Source: Dehalococcoidia bacterium
Lineage (GTDB): Bacteria > Chloroflexota > Dehalococcoidia > Lucifugimonadales > UBA3495
Length of the DNA: 64,000 nt
Assembly (NCBI GenBank): GCA_965208825.1
Contig: CBDBPP010000005.1
Span: forward strand, 1,038,718-1,102,717
Direction of reading: 5' to 3'
Positions 9,278-18,366 of the stretch are shown piece by piece (the first letter of the stretch is position 1; each line of letters starts with the position of its first letter). The position numbers and the translations under genes are program-made. Below the pieces are notes generated by a model. The model searched no databases. It was not told the DNA's origin and worked only from the letters and a program-made list of their open reading frames with translations.

Positions 9278-9589
9278 CTAGGCGGCGGCCGGGACTTTCA
9301 TCACCGAGGTCATGGTTTCGACCTCGATGCGGGCGAGGTGGCTGCGGGCGTGATCCATGATTCCCTGCCACTCGGGGGAAGCGTAGAATGCCGCCTCCTT
9401 GGCGGTTACGTCTTCGGCGTCGTTGAAGGAGCGAATCCAGATGAACAGATCCTTGGCCTCGTTGACCCAAATCCCGTCGATGTTGATCCCGTACTGCTGT
9501 TGGTAGGGCACCAGCTTGTCGTTGAACAGGTCAACCCAATCGTCCATCATGCCCCGGTTCACCGTGTAAGTCCGCAGTTGGTAAATCAT
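9278..9589 (-). CDS. NIPSNAP-family protein
   Basis: 103 aa, starting MIYQLRTYTVNRGMMDDW with ...FIWIRSFND further in. It is a paralogue of 37479..37790 with the same length. Confidence 0.75.
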   Translation of the reverse strand: MIYQLRTYTVNRGMMDDWVDLFNDKLVPYQQQYGINIDGIWVNEAKDLFIWIRSFNDAEDVTAKEAAFYASPEWQGIMDHARSHLARIEVETMTSVMKVPAAA

Positions 9590-9657
9590 GTAGTCCTCCT
9601 AGAGTTGTGTTTTGCTGTCTAATCTTCGGGATTGGAGTCTGCCGACGCCATCCAGGG

Positions 9658-9888
9658 TCAGGCGGCCACGCAAGTGATGGTACGCTCGACCCCCCCGATG
9701 TTCTGCACCCGTGCCGCGACCAGGTCGACGAGGGCCACCATGTCATCCGCCTCGGCAAGGGCGATCAGATCATAGGCGCCGGTGATGATGTCAGCCTCGA
9801 GAACATCGTCCATGCTGCGAAGTTCGTTCAGGACGGTCCTTGCCTGGCCGACACTGGTCTCGATCAGTATGTATGCTCGTGCTGCCAT
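9658..9888 (-). CDS. Stand-alone Lrp/AsnC ligand-binding (RAM) domain protein
   Basis: 76 aa. MAARAYILIETSVGQARTVLNELRSMDDVLEADIITGAYDLIALAEADD matches the AsnC-type C-terminal domain pattern. There is no HTH. Confidence 0.6.
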   Translation of the reverse strand: MAARAYILIETSVGQARTVLNELRSMDDVLEADIITGAYDLIALAEADDMVALVDLVAARVQNIGGVERTITCVAA

Positions 9889-9944
9889 TGTTGATTCTGA
9901 CGGGCCGCGTAACGTGCGGACGAGAAGGAGGTGATGGAGGGACC

Positions 9945-10331
9945 CTACTCTGAAACGGCGGCAGTGCTGGTGATTTCCACCAGGTTATCCGGCGCCCCGA
10001 AATTGACGATGATGGTGGTTCGGGCCGGCTGGTCCGTGGGGAAGAACTCCGCGTATACCTCGTTGAAGCCAGGGAGATCGTCTCGATTACTGACGTAGCA
10101 GGTGTTGGTAAGCACCAAATCCATGGAGGAGCCCGCTGCCTCTAGGATGGCCGATATACGCTGGAGCGTGTACCGGGTCTGCTCCCGGATGTCCGCGCCC
10201 ACCGTGTTGTCCGTGGGGTGGCGTCCGGTGCAGCCCTGAACGAACACCAGGTCCCCGTAACGCACGGCTTGCGAAAGGGGAGCGTTGCCGGAGGTCACCT
10301 TGTCGGTGGAGATGATTTCTTTCCTGGGCAT
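9945..10331 (-). CDS. RidA/YjgF-family reactive-intermediate deaminase
   Basis: 128 aa with the pattern APLSQAVRYGDLVFVQGCTG...IREQTRYTLQRISAILEAAGSSMDLVLTNTCYV...ARTTI. Confidence 0.8.
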   Translation of the reverse strand: MPRKEIISTDKVTSGNAPLSQAVRYGDLVFVQGCTGRHPTDNTVGADIREQTRYTLQRISAILEAAGSSMDLVLTNTCYVSNRDDLPGFNEVYAEFFPTDQPARTTIIVNFGAPDNLVEITSTAAVSE

Positions 10332-10638
10332 AATCGTGAGACCTCCGGGAATCTGCGACTGTGGCCCGCGATGGGGACGCCGTTGATGCGTTCTGGCTGG
10401 CCGGGGGAGGCAAGGCGATGGGATGCCTTGAACGGCACTATTATATGGTCGCCTGTCTCTCTGTCAATTCAGCGACCAATCGGTGGGGCCGTCTCTGACC
10501 GTGCCTTCGAATGCGGGGTACGGTTAGCGGCCCTGCTGGGGGAATGCCGATGGGAGCCGGGGTGAAGTCCTGCGGGGAGGGCGGCGCAGGGAGACACCCA
10601 CGGCACCTTGCGGCTCTCAGGGCCCTCCATTCACGGGT

Positions 10639-13008
10639 TCAATTGGCGTCCATTATCTGGGGCTCGTTGATGGCGCCACTGTGCTGGGCTGCCCGTTGCC
10701 GGTGAATCGCCCGCCACACCCGCTCGGGCTTAAGGGGTATATCTAGGTCAAGCGTCCCGGACCGGGACAGAGCGTCGGCCACGGCGTTGAAAACGGCCGG
10801 CACGGCCGCGATGGTTGGCGTCTCCCCCATGCCCTTAACCCCAAGCGGGTTGAAGGGGCTGGGCGTACCCATAAGTTCCACCGTGAAATCCGGCAGGTGC
10901 TTTGCCAGGGGCATGGCGTAGTCCATGAAGCTGCCGGTGAGCAGCGGACCGCTGGCGTCCCAGACCGCCTCCTCCATCAGTGCCGCGCCGATACCTTGGG
11001 CCAGGCCTCCGTGGACCTGGCCGTGCACCACCATGGGATTCACGATGGCGCCGAAGTCGTTCACGGAGAAGAAGTCGACGAGCTCAACCGCTCCGTTGTC
11101 GGAGTCGACCCGGACCACCGCGACGTTGGCTGTGAATGGGAAGGTATAGCCGTCCGGTTCCCAGAATACATTCGCCTCGAGGCCCCGGTCGACGCCCTCC
11201 GGTACCGGCTGGGGGCCGAAGGAGTAGGCAGCAACATCCCGCCAGGTGACGTACCGGTCGGGGATGTCCTCGGCGAAGAAGCCCCCCGACCGCAGTTCGA
11301 CGAACTCCGGCTCGGTGCGCAGTAGCGCGGCGGCCAGCTGCGTCGCATTCTCCTTCACCCGTCGGCTGGCCGTCACCACGGCCGACCCACCGACAACTAT
11401 GGAGCGGCTGGCCCTGGTACCGGTGCCGGAGGCGATCAGGTGGGTATCTCCGTAGATTACGCTCACGTTCTCCAGCGGCACCGACAGCTCGTCGGCGGCG
11501 ATCTGGGCAAAGGTCGTCTCGTGGCCCTGACCGTGGGGTGACGTTCCGGTATAGACCGTCACCGACCCCGTCTGGTCCACCCGCACGATGGAAGTCTCAT
11601 AGCCGGGCCTCACGCTGAAGGTGCCCGGTGGGCCGAATCCCGAGGCGTCAACGGTGGTGGCGATCCCTATGCCAAGGAACTCACCTTTCTCTTGCTTTTC
11701 AGCCTGCCGTTGGCGTAGCCCTGCGTAGTCAGCCAGCTCCAGGACCCTTTCCAGCGCCAGATGGTAGTCGCCGCTGTCGTGCAGGCGGCCCGTGGGAGTA
11801 CGGTAGGGGAGGGCACTGGCGGGAATCAGGTTGCGCCGCCGCACCTCGGCGGGGTCCATGGCAAGGGCGTTGGCAATGCCGTCCATCACCCGTTCCGCGA
11901 CATACGCGGTCGCGTGCTGTCCGTAGCCGCGGTACGGACCGACGGTCATCTTGTTGGTGTAGACTCCGAACACCTCCCAGTGCAGGTGCTCCACGGTGTA
12001 GGCGCCCGCCGCCCCCGATGGCGTGAGGGACTCGGCCACACCGTGAGACCCTCCGAAGGAGTAGGCCCCCAGGTCGGTGTAATACTGTGTCCTCAGGGCC
12101 AGCAGCTTGCCGTCATTCCGATAGGCGGCCTCGACGTACTGCACCTCACCTCGCCCGTGGATGGTGGAGGTGAACTCCTCCTCCCGCAGTCCATCCCAGC
12201 GCACCGGCCGGTTCAGGCGCATCGACAGGGCGGCAGCGATGACGGTCTCGGCGTAGGTGTCTATCTTGGCGCCGAAGCCGCCGCCCACGTCCCGGGACAG
12301 CACCCGGATCCGGCTTTCGGCGATTCCCAGCACCCCGGCCACTGCCTTCCTTTCCAGGTGGGGCCCCTGGGTGGAGATCCAGAGGGTGATCTCGTCGACG
12401 CCCCGTTCGTAGCTGGCGGTCACGGCCCTGGGCTCCATGGCGTTGGGGACAAGGCGCGGCTCCGCGATGCGAAGGGACAGTATCCCGTCGGCCTGGGCAA
12501 AGGCCGCGTCCGGGTCGCCAGCCGTCCGGGTGCTGTAGACGCACAGGTTGGTTCCCATCTCCTCGTGGACCAGCGGCGCCCCGGCCTCCAGGGCCCGTTC
12601 CAGGTCTACGACTGCCGGCAACGGCTCGTATTCCACCTCGATTAGCTCCAGGGCGTCCCGGGCAATGTATGCGTTTTCCGCCACCACCACGGCGACCGGC
12701 TCGCCCTCGTACCTGGCAACTTCCGCCGCGATTGGCCAGCGGCTCACGGCCTTCATGTGCTCGAGAACGCCAGCCAGGGGGAGCTGGGCGGTGCAGTTCG
12801 CTCTGAATTCCGCTCCGGTTACCACCGCCACCACCCCGGGAAGTTCCTTGGCCGCAGTGGCGTCGACGTTCACGATCCGGGCGTGGGCGTGGGGGCTTCG
12901 GAGCACCATCATCACCGCGGCGTCGCGGGGCAGGATGTCGCCCGTGTAGCGGCCCTCACCCTGCATCAGCCGAAAGTCCTCCTTGCGGCGGATCGACGCG
13001 CCTACCAT
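10639..13008 (-). CDS. Xanthine dehydrogenase/CO dehydrogenase-family molybdopterin-binding large subunit
   Basis: MVGASIRRKEDFRLMQGEGRYTGDI is the canonical N-terminus of this family. The active-site-loop region reads VGPYRGYGQ, which is neither the AYxCSFR nor the AYRGAGR type. The track ORF runs to 13983, but its first 325 codons are antisense to the DM13 gene. An alternative ATG lies at 13041. Confidence 0.85.
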   Translation of the reverse strand: MVGASIRRKEDFRLMQGEGRYTGDILPRDAAVMMVLRSPHAHARIVNVDATAAKELPGVVAVVTGAEFRANCTAQLPLAGVLEHMKAVSRWPIAAEVARYEGEPVAVVVAENAYIARDALELIEVEYEPLPAVVDLERALEAGAPLVHEEMGTNLCVYSTRTAGDPDAAFAQADGILSLRIAEPRLVPNAMEPRAVTASYERGVDEITLWISTQGPHLERKAVAGVLGIAESRIRVLSRDVGGGFGAKIDTYAETVIAAALSMRLNRPVRWDGLREEEFTSTIHGRGEVQYVEAAYRNDGKLLALRTQYYTDLGAYSFGGSHGVAESLTPSGAAGAYTVEHLHWEVFGVYTNKMTVGPYRGYGQHATAYVAERVMDGIANALAMDPAEVRRRNLIPASALPYRTPTGRLHDSGDYHLALERVLELADYAGLRQRQAEKQEKGEFLGIGIATTVDASGFGPPGTFSVRPGYETSIVRVDQTGSVTVYTGTSPHGQGHETTFAQIAADELSVPLENVSVIYGDTHLIASGTGTRASRSIVVGGSAVVTASRRVKENATQLAAALLRTEPEFVELRSGGFFAEDIPDRYVTWRDVAAYSFGPQPVPEGVDRGLEANVFWEPDGYTFPFTANVAVVRVDSDNGAVELVDFFSVNDFGAIVNPMVVHGQVHGGLAQGIGAALMEEAVWDASGPLLTGSFMDYAMPLAKHLPDFTVELMGTPSPFNPLGVKGMGETPTIAAVPAVFNAVADALSRSGTLDLDIPLKPERVWRAIHRQRAAQHSGAINEPQIMDAN

Positions 13009-13203
13009 CTTTTCACTGCCGCCTGTTTCCGAGGACTCCATGCACGCCCTCCCGGGATACGCACCCTGGGTCAAGATTCGGAGACATAATAACTTATATT
13101 TCAATTGATGGCGATAAAGAGTTGGGAACTCTATAATGTGACTAAACCCGTCTAAGCATTTACCGAATCCGGCAAGGTGGAAGACGGGCAGGAGGTAGAT
13201 CGA

Positions 13204-14169
13204 ATGGCAACGTTTGGAGATCTCGAAAGAGCCCTGGCAGATCTCTACCCCTACAGATGGGCCATCGGGGCCGTGGTGCTGGTGCTGATTGCGGCCTTCT
13301 TTGGCCTTGCCTGGTGGCGAGGCTGGCACCTGTGGGCCTGGCGATACAAGAAGCCCCTGGGAATCGTCACCGTTCCGCTGCTGGTGGTCACCCTGTGGCT
13401 GGGCTGGTCGCTGGGTTCCCCGTTGTTCACGAACGTGACGGTTGACGAGGAGTTCCCCTTCGCGGTCAATGCTACCGTCCCCGAGGGTATGGAGCGGGAG
13501 GAGGTCGAGGAAGTACTCTCTGGCTTCTCCAAGGTGGACACTCCGGTGATGGAGACCATGCCGGCTCCCGCTGCCATCGAGGCCAGCGTCGCCGTCGCTT
13601 CCGGGGGGATGGTTTCCGACGGGACGGGCGGCAGTGACGCCCTCCTTGTGCTGACGCCCAAGCGGCAGGCCGTCATTGAGGAAGGCATGGCCATGGCGAT
13701 GAAGGCGACCGAGTCCGACAGTATGGAGGAGGCCGCCGCCATGACCGAGGAGGCCGTGGTCATGATGGAGGAGGTGATGGAGGAGTCGCAGATGATGGCG
13801 CAGCAGCAGCCGGCCAGCGAGGTGCAGGCGGTGGCTATGGGCAGCTTCAAGGACGCCGACGCCTTCCACCGGGGCAGCGGCACCGCAACCATCTACCGGA
13901 CTCCGGACGGCGCCGAGGTCCTGCGGCTGGAGGACCTGGACGTGACCAACGGCCCCGCGCTGCACGTGGTGCTTTCCACGCATCCCGACCCGGAGCGGTC
14001 AGAGCAGGTGAAGCAGGAGGGCTACGTCGACTTGGGCGATTTGAAGGGCAACCGGGGCAACCAGAACTATCCCATACCGGCCGGGGTGGACACCTCCATT
14101 CACAAGAGCGTGGTGATCTACTGCTACCCCTTCGCGGTGGTGTTCAGCGTAGCGACGCTGGAGGGATAA
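13204..14169 (+). CDS. Membrane-anchored DM13-domain protein with a Met/Glu-rich linker
   Basis: GGAGG lies 8 nt upstream of ATG 13204. There are two N-terminal TM helices and a linker MAMAMKATESDSMEEAAAMTEEAVVMMEEVMEESQMMAQQQ. The C-terminal GSFKDADAFHRGSGTATIYRTPDGAEVLRLEDLDVTNGPALHVVLS matches the DM13 pattern. Confidence 0.65.
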   Translation: MATFGDLERALADLYPYRWAIGAVVLVLIAAFFGLAWWRGWHLWAWRYKKPLGIVTVPLLVVTLWLGWSLGSPLFTNVTVDEEFPFAVNATVPEGMEREEVEEVLSGFSKVDTPVMETMPAPAAIEASVAVASGGMVSDGTGGSDALLVLTPKRQAVIEEGMAMAMKATESDSMEEAAAMTEEAVVMMEEVMEESQMMAQQQPASEVQAVAMGSFKDADAFHRGSGTATIYRTPDGAEVLRLEDLDVTNGPALHVVLSTHPDPERSEQVKQEGYVDLGDLKGNRGNQNYPIPAGVDTSIHKSVVIYCYPFAVVFSVATLEG

Positions 14170-14243
14170 CCGCTTGCTCCCCCCTGGATGTTGGCGGATA
14201 ATGCGGCAAATAGCCGGGCAGACGGAACAGGAGGCGCGCTGAC

Positions 14244-14771
14244 ATGTCGAAGGTAAACATGATTCACCACGTCAACATCCAGATCACAAACCGGGAGCGC
14301 ACCCGCGAGTGGTACGAGAAGGTGCTGGGGTGCGAGTTCCTGGACCGGGGCCCTGCCCTGAACCGGCGGATGTTGCAGCTCCGCATCGGCAACGGGGAGA
14401 TCCACACCACCGAGGTGGACGAAGTGGTGTTCATCCCCCGGGTACACTTCGCCGTCGAGGTGGAGGACTGGGATGCTGCGCTGGAGAACCTGGACCGGCT
14501 GGGAGTCTCCTACTCCCGGACGGGCAACGGGGCCTTCATGGGCACCGGCGGTGACGATGCGCGGCAGGGCCGCCGCGAGGACACCAACGAGCACTACACC
14601 TACATCTCCGACCCGGACGGCAACCTGATCGAGTTGGTCTACCATCCTCTGGGGCTCCGCAGCACCGAGGGCGATGCCGTGCCCCTGCATCGAGACACCG
14701 CCAATCCAAAGTGGACCCAGATCCCGGGGTTCGTGGAGGAGGCCTACCGGGAAGCGGAGGTTACGGTGTAG
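14244..14771 (+). CDS. VOC (glyoxalase/bleomycin-resistance/dioxygenase) family protein
   Basis: Contains IHHVNIQITNRERTREWYEKVLG, HFAVEV and YISDPDGNLIELV. Confidence 0.7.
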   Translation: MSKVNMIHHVNIQITNRERTREWYEKVLGCEFLDRGPALNRRMLQLRIGNGEIHTTEVDEVVFIPRVHFAVEVEDWDAALENLDRLGVSYSRTGNGAFMGTGGDDARQGRREDTNEHYTYISDPDGNLIELVYHPLGLRSTEGDAVPLHRDTANPKWTQIPGFVEEAYREAEVTV

Positions 14772-14787
14772 CGGCTATGTAATTTGG

Positions 14788-14814
14788 ACGGGGTAGGTTT
14801 ATGGCCTACCCCGT
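14788..14814 (+). terminator. Rho-independent-like terminator after the VOC gene
   Basis: ACGGGGTAGG-tttatgg-CCTACCCCGT followed by the T-rich GTCTTCTTGATTG. Confidence 0.6.
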
Positions 14815-14863
14815 GTCTTCTTGATTGCGGCTCCGGCTCAGTTCGACGAATGTAAGAAACCTT

Positions 14864-15277
14864 ATGGTAACGGAGGAAGATGCACAGGCGGTTTTGGCAG
14901 CGGAAAAAGTAATCCTGGAAGACTTAGAGTGGGTGAGTATGGGTGTTGCCCATCGCCTGGAAGCCGCCGTCGTTTTGGAAGAATCGGGGGAAGCCCTCAG
15001 TCTGCGGGGATACGTTGGTTCGCAAAACCGTAGTTTTGCGCTCCTGTACCGAGGAATACCTATTCGCAAATACACAGCCCATCCTTGGCATATAGACCCC
15101 GTCACCAGGGAAAGAGTGACCGCCCCCCACAAACATACTTGGGATGAAGTGTACAGAGATAGACGAGTGTATTTGCCCCATGATATACGAATAGGGGACC
15201 CGAATGACGAACTGACAGACTTCCTGGGCGAATGTAACATCAATCTGCGGGGTTCATATCGGCCGCAGCGATTCTAG
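14864..15277 (+). CDS. Hypothetical protein, first gene of a low-GC cassette
   Basis: Open frame with protein-like composition (…HPWHIDPVTRERVTAPHKHTWDEVYRDRRVYLPHDIRIGDPNDELTDFLGECNI…). I recognise no family. The start is uncertain: ATG 14864 or TTG 14825. Confidence 0.5.
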   Translation: MVTEEDAQAVLAAEKVILEDLEWVSMGVAHRLEAAVVLEESGEALSLRGYVGSQNRSFALLYRGIPIRKYTAHPWHIDPVTRERVTAPHKHTWDEVYRDRRVYLPHDIRIGDPNDELTDFLGECNINLRGSYRPQRF

Positions 15278-15300
15278 CAACCTCCCCGAGGAGGCGCCGA

Positions 15301-15738
15301 ATGGCAGTTTCAAAAATAGGTAAGGACCTGGTCGGTGAATATCTGAGAAGACTTTCGCAAAATGTCAGCGTGATAGCTCACGAAAACGGTTGCCAATTGG
15401 TCACGCCATTCATCAGGCCGGACGGTGAAGCCATAGGACTGGAATTCGCATCGCTTCCCAGCGGGGATTATTGTATCAGTGATATGGGAGACACCTTGGG
15501 CTATTTGTATGTCAACGGATTGACGAAGGATTTGTCCGCGCCTGAATATGTCCATTCGGTAGCTGGAAGCTATGGCGTGTTAATCCGAGACAATGCTATG
15601 ACCATCAGCAGTTGTCCAGAAGATGTGGGGGACGCCGTCCACAGCTTGATTCAGGCCGTCCAGGCCGTAGCTAATTTCGCGCAGGGAAGGGCATTGACCG
15701 TTCCTAATCCGTCTGATGTTGGCAAGGGCGTCTCGTAG
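15301..15738 (+). CDS. Hypothetical protein, possibly DUF1828-like, second gene of the low-GC cassette
   Basis: 145 aa. GGAGG lies upstream of the ATG. GCQLVTPFIRPDGEAIGLEFASLPSGDYCISDMGDTLGYL resembles DUF1828 from memory, and the family call is weak. A hand count of 15301-15360 gives 25/60 G+C, against 42/60 for 15781-15840. Confidence 0.55.
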   Translation: MAVSKIGKDLVGEYLRRLSQNVSVIAHENGCQLVTPFIRPDGEAIGLEFASLPSGDYCISDMGDTLGYLYVNGLTKDLSAPEYVHSVAGSYGVLIRDNAMTISSCPEDVGDAVHSLIQAVQAVANFAQGRALTVPNPSDVGKGVS

Positions 15739-15741
15739 AGT

Positions 15742-18075
15742 CTACCCCGCCTCCGCATCCTGCAGCGCCTGCCAGACCTTCTGCGGCGTCAGGGGCGTGT
15801 CGATGTGCTTGACCCCGGCGACCGACAGGGCGTCCATCACCGCGTTGGCGATGGCGACGGGCGCGGCCAGGGTGGGCAGCTCACCGATGCCCTTCACGCC
15901 CAGGGCGGTTATGTCCGAAGGCGTCTCGATGCTGCTGTCCAGTTCGAAGTCGGGCAGGTCGATGGACTTGGGCAGGACATAGTCCATCATGCTGCCGCTG
16001 AGCGGCTGCCCGGTTGAGTCGTAGACCATTCCCTCCCAGAGGGCCTGACCGATGCCTTGGGCGATGGCCCCGTGGACCTGCCCGTCGTAGAGCATGGGGT
16101 TTACGACCTTGCCGGAATCGTGGGCCCCGATGTACTGCAGGATCCGGATGGCGCCATTTTCGCGGGAGACCTCCACCACCGCCACATGAGAGCCGAAGGC
16201 ATACGGGCTCCTGTCGAGTACGTTGGTGCCGTTGAAGTCCAGTCCCGGCTCCTCGCCCGGAGGCAGCAGCTCCTCGTTGTGGGCCGCGGCGGCCACCTGG
16301 GCGAAGGGAACGCTGCGGGTCGGGTTGGCCCGGTCGACGGCCCGGCCCTCGGCCAGGTCGACGTTCTCCGGCGGGCAGTCCAGCAGGTGCCCGGCCACAA
16401 CCCTCATCTTCTCCCCGGCCTCATGGACCACGTTGTAGAGCACGGTGCCGCCGGCGATCATGCCGCGGCTGGCGGAGGTGCCGCCGCCGGCGGGCAGGAT
16501 GTCGGAGTCGCTGTGTCGCACCCGGACATCGCCCGGTGCTATGCCCAGCCGGTCGGCAACCACCTGGGCGAAGGTGGTCTCGGTCCCCTGGCCGTGGGGC
16601 GAGATGCCGGTGTGGACCTCGACGTCGCCGTCGGGACCGATGATGCATCGGGCGTGCTCCTCGAGGAAGGTGACCTTGGCGCCGGAACCCTTCACTACGG
16701 CGGCGAGGCCGACACCGATCAGCGGCCCACCGGCCTCCGCCTGCTGGCGGGAGCGCTGGCGCCATTCCTGGTAGCCGGCCATTTCCAGCGACCGGTCAAA
16801 GACCGCCTCATACTCGCCGGAGTCGTAGATGATGCCGGTGGGGGTCTCGTAGGGAAAGGCGTCGGGGGCGATGAAGTTGCGTCGCCTCACCTCGGCGGGA
16901 TCGAGGTCCAGCTCCTGGGCCACCATGTCCACGGCGCGCTCCATGCAGAAGGCCGCCTCGGGCCCACCAGCGCCCCGGTAGGCGCCGGTAACCGGCTTGT
17001 TGGTGGCCACACCCACGACCTCCACGGACATGGCCGGGGTGCGGTAGGGGCCGGTGAGGCGGTGGCTGGTCAGGATGGGCACCGTGGGCGTTGACATGAA
17101 GAAATAGGCGCCCAGGTCGGCGATGACTCTCACCCGGATGCCCAGCAGCGTTCCGTCGCTTTTGGCCGCCGCCTCCAGGTCGACGCTGTGGCCCCGGCCG
17201 TGGAAGCAGAGCATGTTTTCCTGGCGGCTTTCCACCCACTTTATGGGACGGCCCAGCTTGATGGCCAGGTACGGGATGGCCAGCTCCTCAGGGAAGAAGC
17301 AGCCCTTTTCGCCGAAGCCGCCGCCGACATCGGGGCAAGCCAGCCGCACCGATTCCAGCGGCCGGTCAAGCAGAGTGGCAATGTGCTCGCGCATCTCATG
17401 GGGGTGCTGGGTCGAGTCCCAGACCGTCAGCAGGCCGGCAGCATGCCCTGAGCTTGCCGAAGGATCGTATTCGGCGATGAGGCCGCGGGGCTCCATGGGG
17501 GCGGGCGCGAGGCGCTGCACGTCGAACCGCTGCCGGATCACGCAGTCGGCCTCAGCGAAGGCGGCGTCGAGATCGCCGCCGGCGTTGACGGTTCGGAGGA
17601 CGACGTTGGTGCCCAGGTGTTCGTGGATTACCGGAGCGTTGCCGCCAATGGCCTCGTATGGGTCGATCACCGCGGGGAGTATCTCGTAGTCGACGTTCAC
17701 CAGTTCCACCGCGTCCTCTGCGGTATAGATGTTATCTGCCAGGACGATGGCCACCGGCTGCCCGGCATAACAGGCCTTGTCGACGGCGAGAGCCGGATGC
17801 CGGGGCGGGTGTATCTCGTCGGCGTCGGCGCCCACCCGCGTGGGTAGCTGGGCGATGTCCGCCATGTCCCCGGCGGTGATGACCGCCACCACGCCGGGCA
17901 GCGAGGTGGCCGCTGAGGTGTCAATGCTGCGGATGAGGGCGTGCCCGTGGGGGCTGCGTATGATCAGGGCCTGAAGCATCCCGGGCCGGGTCATGTCGTC
18001 GACAAAGGAGGACTGCCCGGTCAGGAGACGGTGATCCTCGAATCGCTTGATGGACTGCCCCGTGTAAGTCGTCAT
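15742..18075 (-). CDS. Xanthine dehydrogenase/CoxL form-II-like molybdopterin-binding large subunit
   Basis: 777 aa. The N-terminus is YTGQSIKRFEDHRLLTGQSSFVDD and the loop is VTGAYRGAGGPEA (AYRGAG type). Confidence 0.85.
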   Translation of the reverse strand: MTTYTGQSIKRFEDHRLLTGQSSFVDDMTRPGMLQALIIRSPHGHALIRSIDTSAATSLPGVVAVITAGDMADIAQLPTRVGADADEIHPPRHPALAVDKACYAGQPVAIVLADNIYTAEDAVELVNVDYEILPAVIDPYEAIGGNAPVIHEHLGTNVVLRTVNAGGDLDAAFAEADCVIRQRFDVQRLAPAPMEPRGLIAEYDPSASSGHAAGLLTVWDSTQHPHEMREHIATLLDRPLESVRLACPDVGGGFGEKGCFFPEELAIPYLAIKLGRPIKWVESRQENMLCFHGRGHSVDLEAAAKSDGTLLGIRVRVIADLGAYFFMSTPTVPILTSHRLTGPYRTPAMSVEVVGVATNKPVTGAYRGAGGPEAAFCMERAVDMVAQELDLDPAEVRRRNFIAPDAFPYETPTGIIYDSGEYEAVFDRSLEMAGYQEWRQRSRQQAEAGGPLIGVGLAAVVKGSGAKVTFLEEHARCIIGPDGDVEVHTGISPHGQGTETTFAQVVADRLGIAPGDVRVRHSDSDILPAGGGTSASRGMIAGGTVLYNVVHEAGEKMRVVAGHLLDCPPENVDLAEGRAVDRANPTRSVPFAQVAAAAHNEELLPPGEEPGLDFNGTNVLDRSPYAFGSHVAVVEVSRENGAIRILQYIGAHDSGKVVNPMLYDGQVHGAIAQGIGQALWEGMVYDSTGQPLSGSMMDYVLPKSIDLPDFELDSSIETPSDITALGVKGIGELPTLAAPVAIANAVMDALSVAGVKHIDTPLTPQKVWQALQDAEAG

Positions 18076-18366
18076 ACCTGGCCTCCGTGATCAGCCCCCT
18101 AGGGCGCCTGGAAACAAGCGGAATGATACCACCTCCTTCCCACCGAAATAATCCGGTGAGGGCGAGGCGGGCCCCTTGCGTAGCCGCAAGTTAGGCCCTG
18201 CAAAGTGTCCCGTCTTACCCGCCAGCTCCGTCAAAGCCCAGGTAGGTCATACACCCCGCACCGGACGGTCGGCGGCAGTGCACGGGGCGCGCGGAATGGC
18301 TATCCAGCCCAGGCAGAGGTTTCGGGAGGGGGACACGCTGGCGCTGATACGGCGTAGAATGTGACG

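Noticed and set aside
13009-13983. The N-terminal 325-codon extension of track ORF 10639..13983
   Set aside because: The canonical CoxL/XDH N-terminus (MVGASIRRKEDFRL) starts at 13008. The extension is His/Leu/Gly/Arg-rich, low-complexity and antisense to the well-supported DM13 gene.
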